NCBI GenBank assembly: GCA_964016885.1 | Contig: OZ024745.1 | Location: forward strand, 64,170,001-64,234,000 | Direction of reading: 5' to 3' | DNA from: Eledone cirrhosa | Lineage: Eukaryota | DNA length: 64,000 nucleotides | Part shown: piece after piece, positions 52,106-64,000 of the stretch | Position numbering within the stretch: the stretch's first letter is position 1 | Layout of the letters: each line of letters starts with the position of its first letter | Position numbers and translations under genes: made by a program | The notes under the pieces: model-generated | The model's database searches: none | The model's input: only the letters and a program-made list of their open reading frames with translations | What the model was told of the DNA's origin: nothing

Positions 52106-53303
52106 AAAATTAAAATTTCAAATATTACACCAAACGTAAATGTTTGGTGGATTTTGACTGGCTTCATCGATTTCGATGAGGACACAATTATTTCAGTGGG
52201 AAAGTCCTCCAAAAGCACATTCAATGGTACAAGCCTGGAAGTTCTGGTCCAAATGAGGCTAGAACGGATAGCTAAAATACCCCAACGTGTGCCTCCTGAT
52301 GGGATTTCATACATAAACATTTCTGTTGAGGGTAGGCGACCTTCATTTTACCACTGTTTAAGCAGTGGTCACCTGATGGCTTACTGTCCTCAGCTAGCTG
52401 CAAAAAAAAGAGAGGCACTACTGCCAACACCCAAAACAACAACACAACCACCACCACCACCACCACCACCACAACAACAACAAGAAAAACAACAACAACA
52501 CGCAAACATAACCAAAACAAGAACAACAAACCAAACTGCAAGCACAGTCCCACCCAACCCCACTCCACCTAAAACCACTGCAAAAACACATACAAACACA
52601 ACAGCATCCCAAAACATACCCCTTCCAAATAACACAGACACTACAACGGACGAGGCCCCCTCATCACTTGGTGACCATGAGGGAGAGCCTCTCCGTTCGA
52701 AAAGAAAGAAGACACCACAAGAACAAAAAAACAACAAACATCACCACAAACATACAACTACCAACACAAACAACACAAACATTACAAACAAAAACCCCCC
52801 GTCCCGAAAACAAAACCACGACATCACTACAAACACAAACACCTACAACAAAACGAAAGCTCACACAAGAACAACAGACAAACACCAACATAACACAACA
52901 AGAACATTACACATACATAAACAGTGAAAACAAAAATTTAATGGAGGTCATCTCCCACGACCCTTCGGTGAAAACCGAAGGGAAAACTTTTTCGAACTGT
53001 GCAGACAGACCTAATTTAAAGATGATTAGGGTCCCTACGGATACCTATAAGTCTTTAAAGGAAAACTTTCCTAAGGACGTGGGTAATCCTTGTGTTAAAC
53101 CCATTAACCGCGTCCTTTTAAAATGTTTCCCCACCCTCACCCCAGACACTCCCACCCCACCAGACACCCCCTCCCCACCAAACATCTCCGTCCCCACCCC
53201 GCCAGAAACCACCACCCTACAAAACACCCCCTACAAACACCTCCATGGACATTGTGCAGCCTGGTCTCCAGCCTACCCTCTTTTTAGGGGGTAAAATAAA
53301 TAA
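52106..53303 (+). mobile_element. 5'-truncated Tx1-type ORF1-only segment
   Basis: VEGRRPSFYHCLSSGHLMAYC (zinc knuckle) and P/T/Q-rich linkers. Stop at 53294 is followed by AATAAA; no ORF2 follows. Confidence 0.8.
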
Positions 53304-56300
53304 CCATTTTTCTGTAAAACTTCTTTCTTGGACGCATGGCGGGAAAGATGGCAGACATGTTTGCCATTAGCTCTGCCATGCCCCCCAAGTCTGAAGAACA
53401 AAAAATGGATACAACAAAACTAGACAACGAAACAAACAAGGAAAATGAAAAAACAAATGTTACGGAAAATGAGCAAACGGAAAACAAACAAACAGAAAAT
53501 AAGAATACAAAAAACAACAAGGCAACTTTCGCCCAGACAACAAAAAAATCTATAATATATACACCTATTGACTTGACTGCCGCCAGAGAAAAACTGGCAG
53601 AAGCAAAAAAAACACATAGTCTTGGGGGAGAACGGAATGTTTTCCATTAATTCCCCAAAAAAAATTCAAGAAAACGAGACTAGAAAACACTGTTCTGTTT
53701 AGAACAATTCTTAACCACACGAGAAAGCCAGCACAGCCCAGCCAAATGGAGATAGAGTTGGTCCTAAAAGACTATATGAAGAAAATTCTCTTCATACCAA
53801 AGGACCGACTCTATGGCAGCATTTCGGTTTTAACAAAAGACAAAGAAACAGCACAGAGGCTTTCCCTAAGCCCACTCTCAACAACAGCATACAGCTTCTA
53901 TCCCTCCTACATGGGTAGAACTCAGAGAGTCAAAATACAGACAATGCTGCCCACAATGGACTTCTGGTGGGCTATTGCTGGCTTCATAGACATGGGCGAG
54001 GACACAGTGCTGTCAATGGGGAAGGCATCTGGAGATGTGTTCATGGGAATGGGCCTCGACCTACTAGTCCAAATTAGGTCCGAAAGAATAGCGCAAATCC
54101 CGGATCGCATCTGGCTGGATGACCTCACCCCAATATATATAATTGTAGAGGGGAGAAGACCAGCATGCTATTCATGCATGGAAAGGGGACACGTTAAGGC
54201 TAACTGCCCGAATCGTATCCCCCAAAAAGGACTATTGCCCACACCTACCACAAACAGTACACCAACACCACCCACCTCCAAAAATACACTAATACCACAC
54301 ACAGCAAACAAAATACAGACATCACCAACCACAAGCACAACACAAACATCACCACCACCAGCACCAAACACAAGCACGACACAAAAATCACCACCACCAT
54401 CACCAACCTCAACACAAACATCACCACCACCATCACCAACCACAAGCACGACACAAACATCACCACCACCACCACAAAACACATTCCAAACTAATAATTA
54501 AAAAAACAGCAACAAATCTACCCCTCCCGAAAAAGAAAAACAACCAGACACCACGTCCCTCCCACCTAGCGCTGAAGAGTTACCCCCAACTTCTGAAGAA
54601 TAAGGAGGAGAAGCCTTCAGACAAGTTAAAAGAAAAAAACGAAAGCACACACCCAGCACACCACAACAACAAATAACCCACACACAAACACCAACTCCAA
54701 TCAAAAACACCCCACCCTCGACAAACAAAAATAAATCTGCGCCTCCCCTCTTCGAAACATTGATAGCATCACAAAAAAAGACTTTGCAATACACATATAT
54801 AAATAAAGAAAACAAAAAACTGTTTAAATAAATAAACAATAGCCCTTTGGTGCTGACCGAAGGGCCAAACTTTATCTCAACAGAGAACTTCACCCATTTA
54901 AAAATGATAAAGGTCCCTCTGGACCTTTATCGTTCCTTAAAAGAACAATTTAAACAGGACGTGAGCCCCCCCCCCCCTGTTTAAAACCGTTAAATCGCGT
55001 CCTCTTGAAAGATTTCCCCATAACCCCCCCTCTCCCTGACACAACTCCAAATACCCCAACCCCACCACACTCGGATACCCCCACACCACCACAAAACATC
55101 CCTCCACCCAACACACCCGACCCCATGGAAATTACACAACCCGGAGAGGTAGGTGCTATTCTTTCTTCACTTTCAACACCAAAATAGATCAATTGAGAGT
55201 TGGCTGTTTAAATGCGCGTGGCCTGGGCTCAGCTTGGAAGCAAGCAAAGCTTCTAAGTGACCTCAGGTCACGAAGTATAGATGTGATGGTTGTTTGCGAG
55301 AGTCGGATCAGCAGCGTGCGACAGCTGGCTCCCGCCTTCGATGACTTTGAGATGCACGCATCTCTCTGTCAACCCGGAGGCGGGGGTGGGGATGCTGTAC
55401 TACTGGATAAACGTCTGGCTCTCGACGTACAGATTGTTCACTCGGACCCGGGGGGTCGATTACTGGTGCTGGACGTCGGAGGCGGTGAAGGCGGGGCTTT
55501 CAGACTGGTCGGTCTTTATGCCCCCTTCGGGGCTGAAAGAGCCGACTTCTTCCAGCGTCTGGAGACTTTTCTAGGAACGTCGCGTTCCCTGCTTTTAGTG
55601 GGGGACTGGAATGGAATCCTAGATGCGCGTTGGGACTATGCAGGGGCATGTCCCGATAGAGGGGGTGTAGCAGCCTCAAGGGGTTACTCCATCGATTCGA
55701 CCTGGTCGATAGATTTCGACTAGATTTTCCAACTGTGCCAACCTGGACCTGGGCAAACCGCAGTGGTCAATCTAGATCGTACCTAGATAGGTTTTTGGTT
55801 AGGAGTAAGGATAGGGACGTATTTTGTTGTCCAGAATTGCTCAAATTAGTGACCTGCGTGGTCAACCTTGATAGAACGCATAGACAGGGTCCCGGTTACT
55901 GGAAGATGAACTTGTCCTTGCCGGCAAAGGAAGCTTACAGGAACCGGATTAGTAGCTTAGTTAAGATGCGGTTGACGGGAGCGATCGTCAACAGCAGGTG
56001 GTGGGTATCTCTAAAGAGAGAGATTAAAGTAAGTTCGATAGGTTACAGTAAGGAACTAGCGGCGAATAGAAATAGGAGGGAAAGGGAGTTAACAAATAAA
56101 CTAGAAGAGGCGATTAGGAGCGGAGACGTGGCCAGAGTGTTAGCGTCGAGAACGGCGTTGAGCCAGTTCTTTGACGCGAAGTACGAAGGCTGCGTTGTCC
56201 GAAGTAAAATACGTGCTTTAGGAAACGAGGGGACCAAAGCTGTTAGCTGGGCCCGCGTGACAGAAGCCAAGAGTGGGATTAAATCCACCATTCGGTCTTT

Positions 56301-58552
56301 GCGAGACCAGGATGGACGGGTGATCCTTGACCCTGAGCGGATGTGCGAGGTCTTTCAAAGGCACTTTGCTCGACTGTTCGGAGGGGGCGGGGTGCCGGAC
56401 GGGGATGTGGACTTCGGTCCATACCTCGACGGTCTACCGCGTCTTTCGAGCGGCGAAGCGGAGTGCTGCGAAAGGCCAATCACAGCCACTGAAATCGGTG
56501 AAGCGCTCAGCCAATGCAGCAGACGCAAATCTCCGGGTCTCGATGGTCTACCATACGAACTTTATTTAGCTATGCCGGTCTTGTTCTCCGAACTCCTCGA
56601 GGCTGTCTATTGCAACTGGCAACAGAACGGGAGAATTCCCTGTTCTGTGACCAAGGGCGTAGTCACGCTAGTGAGGAAGGACGAGAGCAAGGGGGACGAC
56701 TTAAGTAACTTTAGGCCCATAACTCTGCTGAATGCAGAGTTACAGATTTTGGCCAAGGTGTTGACGAAGAGGTTGGCGCTTGTGGTGGGTGGTTTGGTGG
56801 GAGACGCGCAGACATGCGCTATCCCGTCCAGATCCATTCACGTCAACCTCCACCTCATGCGATACATCGTAGAGAGGGTTGGGAACGAACCCGGCTTTGG
56901 TGGGGCCCTGATCAACTTGGATCAATCTAAGGCGTTCGATAGGGTCGACCATGGTTACCTGGATGCGGTGCTAGCGGCGGCGGGCTTCGGACCCGTTTTC
57001 AGGGGCTGGATTTCTGCCACACAGTGGCAACGTCTGCTCTAGGGTTAAAGTAAACGGCTACCTCTCGGAGCCGTTTCAAATCACCCGGTCCATCAGGCAG
57101 GGGTGCCCCCTCTCCTCCCTTCTGTACGTATTGGCTCTCGAGCCACTGCTGCGGAAGTTGGAGTTGCTGCGGGGCATACCCCTGGAACCGGGATTGCACA
57201 AAGCGGTCTCGGCCTATGCCGACGACGTAACAGTAATGGTGGCGGACGCCTCGGAAATCGGGGCGATCGCCACCCTACTGGAGGAATACGAAAGGCTGAC
57301 GGGGGCTAGGCTGAACCGAGACAAGTCAGTCGGTTTGCAACTCGGAACGTGGAGGGGCAAACCGATGCCGTTAGACGGTGTCGTCGGGCGGTGGACGGAG
57401 GGCCCGGTGAAGCTGCTCGGGGTCTGGTTCGGACCGGACCTCCAGGTGGAGAAGAATTGGGGCGAGGTGACATCTACTACCGCCTGACCGTCGTGCCTTG
57501 CCCCAAGGAAACGCTCACCATCATGGATGAAGCAAAGACCGAGAAAACTGGGCAACTGGCTGCAATCCTGGGTGAAGCAAAGACCGAGAAAACTGGGCAA
57601 CTGGCACACCGAGTGTGCCCAGGCGCTCACGGCTCTCTGGCAAGCGGACCCGACTATCAGTGGAGAATCCACCTCGACATTCTATAGAGGGCTGGTGGCT
57701 AGCAGGGGCGACGACACCCTTGGAGAGTCGCTAGGCATGGAGGAGGACGAACTGGCCAGCCTGTTCGGTAGAACTTTCGGCCCGGGACCCATGGACAACT
57801 TCCAGAGGTCCCTAGCCTGGCACTGCTACCGGGGGGCTCTGCCCGTTCGAGAAAAGCTCTACAGACACGGGCGCCCGGGCAGGGATCCGCCGAAAAAGAT
57901 CTGTCCCAGATGCGTGCGCGACGAGGAAACCGTTGCGCACGCACTAGTACACTGCCCGCCCGGGCGTTGCCGATCTGTGGGGCTACGTCGAACGACTGCT
58001 GTCGCGTGTGGCGCCGATTCGATTGGCCGCCGAGTCTGTGGTGAACATCAAGCCGCCTCCACCCTTCAGAAATGAAGCAGAGGCGGTCTTTCTGTGCGTA
58101 ATAGCCATGATGAAAGAGGTTGTGTGGTGGGCGCGCCTGAAAGGTCTGAGGTCGGGTGACTTTCTCTCCGGCCAACACCTGGTTTACTTCTTCCGATACC
58201 ACTTCGGAAGAAGGATCAGGATGGAGAGAGAAGTGCTTGGCCCCAGACAGTTTTATGAAAGGTGGGTGAAAGAAGCGAGAATGGCTCGTGTAAATGGGCC
58301 TTCTCTCTACATTGTTCTGTAGGTGAAGAAGTGAAGAGGAAAGGGGGAGCGCCTCCTCTCTGGGCTTCCCCCGCAAAAAGGGTTGCACACTTTTCGGGGG
58401 TATGTGCAATCCCCAACACGCCCCCTCCCTTTTGAGGACTTTTTATTATTATATTATTCTTATTGTTATGCCTTTTTCTTTACTCGCATTTATGTAAACT
58501 CCCCCCTGTGTATTTGTCCCTTTCTCTTGTGCCCTAGTGGCAAATAAAGAAA
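53304..58552 (+). mobile_element. Near full-length but disabled Tx1/L1-clade LINE
   Basis: ORF1 about 53336-55187 with CYSCMERGHVKANC knuckle. ORF2 about 55193-58322 with APE (CLNARGL, GDWN, TWTW..SYLDR), RT (KSPGLDG, FRPITLLN, AYADDV) and CPRC. Several frameshifts and deletions. AATAAA at 58543, then (TATC)n. Confidence 0.95.
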
Positions 58553-59480
58553 TATATCTATCTATCTATCTATATTTCTATCTATCTATCTATCTATTTT
58601 GCAGACACTTATCCTCCATAAACTCTTGTTCTTCACTTTCCTTAACTTACCTTTTTATAGACTTCTCATTCAGTTTTACTTTTCTTTTATTTTTACTTTA
58701 CATCCACTATTGAACCCCCCCCCCCCTGCTATTTGATTCATTAATTTTATATCTTAACAATTATACATTATTTACATTTATTTTACTTCCCCTTTTTCTT
58801 TCACTACCAGACATCACATGTCACTTGTGTTTTTAACTCCAGATATTTTCCGTTGTCCCTCCGCCGCTTTTATGTATGTATACTTGCGTATATTTTGTAC
58901 CCATTTATTCATACGGTTGTTTTTTTTATATATGTATGTATGCGTTTATATATGTATGTATGCGTTTATATATGTACGCATACATACATATATGTGTATA
59001 CGTGTTTGTATTATTATTTCATTTATTTTCATATTTTATATTTGTATCGACTTCCGTCTGACACTGCGTTGACTTTATACACTCCCTTCCCTGTATATAT
59101 CACATACTGTATGTGTTTGTGCGTGTGTATGTTTATACGCGTGCGTCCTTTCATCCTTGTGTGTGTATATATTTCAGCCCTTAGTCTCTAAGTCGGTATG
59201 TACGCTAACTCCATTATCTTACAATTTCTATTTTCAACATATATATATATATATATATTTGTGGTCACACATACACTTATATGTTTGTCCTCATGTATGT
59301 ACTTACGCACACATTTTTTCACTATACACATGCAGTTGTACATACACACATTCCCTTACTATATTTCTTTATTTTTATTTTTTATTCACTTCTTGTATTA
59401 TTACTTTTATTTAATTTTTGCCCGTTAAACTTTTAGCCTTTCTTGAGGAGATTTTTCAAATATTTCACTGTTTTAAATTG

Positions 59481-59548
59481 CCTTCTCTGACAAACGAATG
59501 CGGACGTTTCTTGTATTCGTCTTATTCTGGAAACCTTTGGTAATGAGG
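59481..59548 (+). ncRNA. Degenerate hammerhead motif about 110 nt upstream of a (TA)n tract
   Basis: ccttct-CTGACAA-acgaatgc..gtattcgt..-GAAA-cc ttt gg-TA-atgagg. Core G8 appears lost by CpG decay. Confidence 0.45.
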
Positions 59549-59663
59549 TAATTATATTGCATTGTTTATTATACATTAAATATTTAGCTCTGTAATTTAC
59601 ATAGAGCACTCTTCATTCCTCTGACTTTTTCAATTTTCATCGGAAACTTCAATACTTATATAT

Positions 59664-59762
<99 letters not shown>

Positions 59763-59899
59763 TGTGTGTGTGTCTGAACAGATATACATGCATATGCGTG
59801 TTTATATATTATAATATAGACATACTATTATTTTGCAGATTTAAAAAATAATCGAAATTGCAAATATATTGAATTTTCTCCCTTTAAAAAATCTCATTA

Positions 59900-62800
59900 A
59901 TTTTCATGGAATTAAATCTCATCTTTTCTTTCTTTTCCAATGTATTCTGTTTAGAAGTTGAGATTTAATATATGTTCTCGTGGGCTTTCTTATAGATGTT
60001 CTGAAGGAAAGTAATATTAGAGGGTAATAAAGAGTTCATGTTTGATCCCAGATGATCTTTCACTAGTTTTCTTATATGTCTTCATAGAAACGCAAGCATA
60101 ATATTCGGTTTATATAATGATTAGAAGAATCGATAAAGAAATGTCAAGACCATGCCAACTACTTTAATTTTACTTTCACCATTCTGTTTAGACTAAGATG
60201 ATATATCAACAATTGAATCAATAGAATTATTCCAGTGATATTCTTATAGTGTATTTCGTAATTGGAAGAATTCCAGTGGGAAAAATTGGATATTTACTCG
60301 TCGGATGAACTGGTTATCATAGATAATGAAGAAAATGTACAGCAAGTAACGTTATGGAAAAAATAATGTAGTCAATCACCCACTCATTTTCTCATATAAA
60401 GAATTGAAATAGTTTTCTTTGGAGGAATATCAGCTCAGTTCTCTACAAAGAGTGTTTCCGGAACCTGACTAAATTTTATTTTGATATACAATATTCCAAT
60501 ACAAATGTACAATATGAGCTCTTTAAAACTACAATTAAAACAAACAATTCTCCCTCATATTCCACCCTGATGTTTTAAAAAGAAAACTAGAAACATGTAA
60601 TCTCCTCCTATAAACACAGTTTGTTAGTTACAACTAGATTGAGCATACGTTTATGTCTATATCAATATAGACATAAACAAGAACTCAATATGGAGCTAAC
60701 CAAGAACAACAACAAAAATATGCATCTCTAACACCGAAGTGCTCATTCTTGGTATTCAGCACAATTGTGCGGAAAATATACTACGTGGGTATTAGTTATA
60801 TATCGAATTTGTTTTTTAGGGTTTATTATATCGGCGTAGATATGCCAAAACATTTCTGGCCTTATTTCAACTTAGAAACCATCATAATCATTATCATTAT
60901 TATGGGAATTATTTATATACTGCGGTGTGGCAGTATTGGTAGAGGGTCGGACGCCATGCTTTGACGTATAGAGTTACGGCCCTTGCCATTTCGAGTTCAA
61001 ATCCTGCCAAGGTTAACTTTGCCTTTCATCCTTACGGGGTCGATAAAATAAAGTACCAGTAATACACTGGGTAATTGCTGGCCTTGTGTCTAACGTAGAA
61101 ACAATTATTATGGGAATTATTTATATACTGCATTGTTTTAGGCAATATCAGCTGTTACTTTTATATATTTGGTTACTAGATACATATGTCAGTAGTAGAT
61201 GTTAGTGAAAAAGGTCACGGTCTACTGCATATTTCTTTTTTGAAGTATAGCCCCAGCAGCAGTGCTATTTCTATTTACACTCTTGCCAGATATTGACAAT
61301 TTACTGGTGATATCGTGAAGTGATGTTGGCACAATTCTCATAACTGAATTATATGCTAATGTCGCTTTTGAATTTGTGTAACGTCTGTAAGAGTTGTTTT
61401 CTTGTGTTCCTCATATAATTTAGGATCATCCCATTATTGTAACATGATGATTGTTGTTGTTGTTTTTTAGCCCTAGATGTACTTTGGTAAAGCACATTTA
61501 TGATAAAAAGCATTCCATCTTTGGTGACATGGCTTTTAGGGGTATCTATTCTAAAACTGCATTATCAATGTGTACTTCCTTTTTGAAAACGGTGAGGTTC
61601 GAGAGAGATTTAGCGACTAGTGCAGGCGACCATGTAGAGGATCCCTCTTTGTTTATTAGTATAACGGCTAAACAGCATTTGTTATACACAGAAACAAAAT
61701 AGAGGGGAAACTCCATCCACTGGAATACAACTCTTATGCGGGTGAGTAATTTTATCTTTATAGTAACTAGTACTGTATGGATCTGAACAGTTTTTTTCTA
61801 TGTTGAAGGTACTTTTCGAAGAACTTAATAAATCTACCTTGGTTCTATCAAACTTTCTGGAAATCATGTATAAATAGTCATACTCAGATTCTTACATATT
61901 TCAACATGTAAAGGCTTTGTTGATCAATAACTAATTTTTGGAATAATAAGATTTATTTTCTGCATTATGTCTATTCTTCCAGAAATAGTGTTTTTTAAAG
62001 ATGAGAGTATTATTTACGAGAACTGGTTATGATGATATTGCTTTCAGTGAACCATTTAGGTCTACTTTATTTTATTTTGTTTTATCTATGTAGTTATCAT
62101 CCTTGTTTATTTTTTATCTTAGATTTATTTTATTATGTAATTTCTGTTTTATATTTTCCTGCCTATGTTGTTTTATTCCCATCCTCTACTCTACTCTGGA
62201 AATTATTTTGTTAGTTGCTGGCGTTAAACCAGCCTCGATTTTACACAAATTACTATAAAATCTCTTTGGGTTATAAATGGATTGTTTATTTTGTACATAA
62301 AATAAAACATGGCTTCTTTCTATCATATAACGGCAGATCCTTTGTGAATTTCAAAGATACTTTAACTGTAGGCGTTCTTTAACACCCGAGATTTCTTTTG
62401 TTATATTTGTAGCAACTGTTTCTCTTTTCTCTTCTTCTGGTGTGTATTTTTAATAGTGATTTCATGAAAGTTTGATCGATCTTTTTTTTCCTATTGTACT
62501 GAGTATGCTATTTCCAGAAGATAGGAGTGTTTTGAGGTCATATCCGTTTTACTTTGTGTTAACTTCGGCTGCTGCATAAATAAGTTACTTTATAATGGAG
62601 ATATTGATGTAAATATCTGTTGCCAGAATGACTATCACAGCTTAGCTAGTGTTTCAAATTCTTGGTCATATGATTTCATTATATTTCTATATATGTGGCG
62701 AGGAAGATATGTCTTCAGCAATGCCACCATTAATGTTATTACTTCAATTTTAAAAATTATTCTCCCTTAAATTTTCCCTTACATATTTTGTCTAATATTG

Positions 62801-63000
62801 TTTTATTTTTTCTAGTATCTTTTTTAATATGTCAGGCTGCGATCATTATTGTCACATTGTTGCTGCATATCTATTAGTTTTGTTTTCAATAACTATTTTA
62901 ACGCTTTTTCTGTTTGTTTCGTTCTTTTGTTTCATTGTTATATTCATCAAATCCCATCCTCCTACTACATTAATAAAAGAAGAACATTTGATGATCAAGT
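59900..63000 (-). mobile_element. Highly decayed non-LTR retrotransposon, probably R4/Dong-like, with nested SINEs
   Basis: Scattered motifs LIYAAA, LLINK and IP.DG.SPL appear in RT order. Confidence 0.4.
60924..61103 (+). mobile_element. tRNA-derived core SINE with a 28-bp TSD
   Basis: attattatgggaattatttatatactgc at 60896-60923 and 61104-61131. Confidence 0.88.
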
Positions 63001-63413
63001 CTTGTATATGTTTCTGAGCTGGGGATAAACAATAAAAACAACAAAACCTAAAATCTATCTCCTAAAAGCTATCTCCAGTCTTTAATTTCTGTTTGCTGTA
63101 CACATACTACACGAACTACGTTTCGAACAATATCCCCAATTCCCTAAGCATCTGCTCATAATCGTCAATGAACATGTGGTAGTTTGCCTTGAAAAACATA
63201 GCAGCTAAATAGTTACCAGATGACAATCTATCGTCTGAAAAAGAAAATAATATATGTATCTATAATAATGTAGCCTTGGATACCTGAAACAAAAACGGTA
63301 TGTTCACAATTTGAACGAATTTGATTCAATGTCTACTAAATAAGGCTGAACTAGAAAAATAGCAAGAGCAACATCAATTAAATAAATAAGAATATTTTCA
63401 TAAACTTCTAAAG

Positions 63414-63559
63414 TTATCATGGACAACTTGCGGCACATTTGGCTTCCTGAAGGGCACGCTTAATTTCAAAATTGCCTTGAATTTTTTAGTAATGCTGTTC
63501 GCTTTACGATGAACTATATCCTATGCGGCCCACTGCTCGAAAATGTTTGCCCATGCCTG
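63414..63559. mobile_element. Possible hAT-type MITE remnant
   Basis: Right end gtttgcccatgcctg; left end degenerate catggacaacttgcggc. Confidence 0.35.
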
Positions 63560-63619
63560 TTCTAAACGTTCAGTAGAAACCCTGTGCCTGATCAAGTTGT
63601 TTGATCTGCTAGAATTGAC

Positions 63620-63940
63620 TGCCGAATCACCCGCATTAGACATTTCCTTTCATCGGGACTTGTCAGAAGCAACCGTCTCCAAACTGTTCTGGCTGAATCT
63701 CCAAGCTAAACCAGCCAAGCTCTTGGATGTTATTTAACTATCTTGCTTGGGGTTTAGTCCTGGGTCTTCTGCCGCCTGGTTTTGCCCGCAAAATCTCTCC
63801 ACCGATTCCTTCCTGAGTCATTCTAATCACATGCCCATAGTATCGGAGCTATGATCTCTCAAATCGGAGAAGTAGTGGCTCTACCTAGAGAGACACACTC
63901 TAGTGGATAGCGTTACTTCAGAGACCCTTCGGAGGAAATC
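63620..63940 (-). mobile_element. RTE LINE 3' remnant, same family as 1481-1840
   Basis: Reverse complement ggtagagccactacttctccgatttgagagatcatagctccgatactatgggcatgtg matches 1564-1621. Confidence 0.75.
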
Positions 63941-64000
63941 CGTTCCGGCTGCTTGTATTCGCGATTGTATTCTTTCGGTTATTACCCAATAGGGAAGGGT

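Overview
AT-rich, microsatellite-dense eukaryotic (animal) DNA. The repeat families suggest an octopus-like cephalopod; this is inference. The window holds the 3' part of an alpha-catenin gene on the + strand: 11 coding exons from 2067 to 19977, including a 21-nt microexon, all GT-AG and phase-consistent. The rest is retroelement landscape: RTE, Tx1/L1, R4/Dong and CRE LINE remnants, a Penelope-like remnant, a Helitron fragment, piggyBac-type MITEs and several SINE families. The most striking unexplained structure is a set of at least 8 short non-coding elements sitting in (TA)n tracts. Most form head-to-head inverted repeats, and most carry a type I hammerhead ribozyme (HHR) motif. One family has the U3:A8 core covariation. 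In two elements the inverted copy starts at or within 5 nt of the predicted self-cleavage site. They look like a diverse (TA)n-targeted system of non-autonomous Penelope-derived or retrozyme-like elements. All folds and alignments were done by eye.
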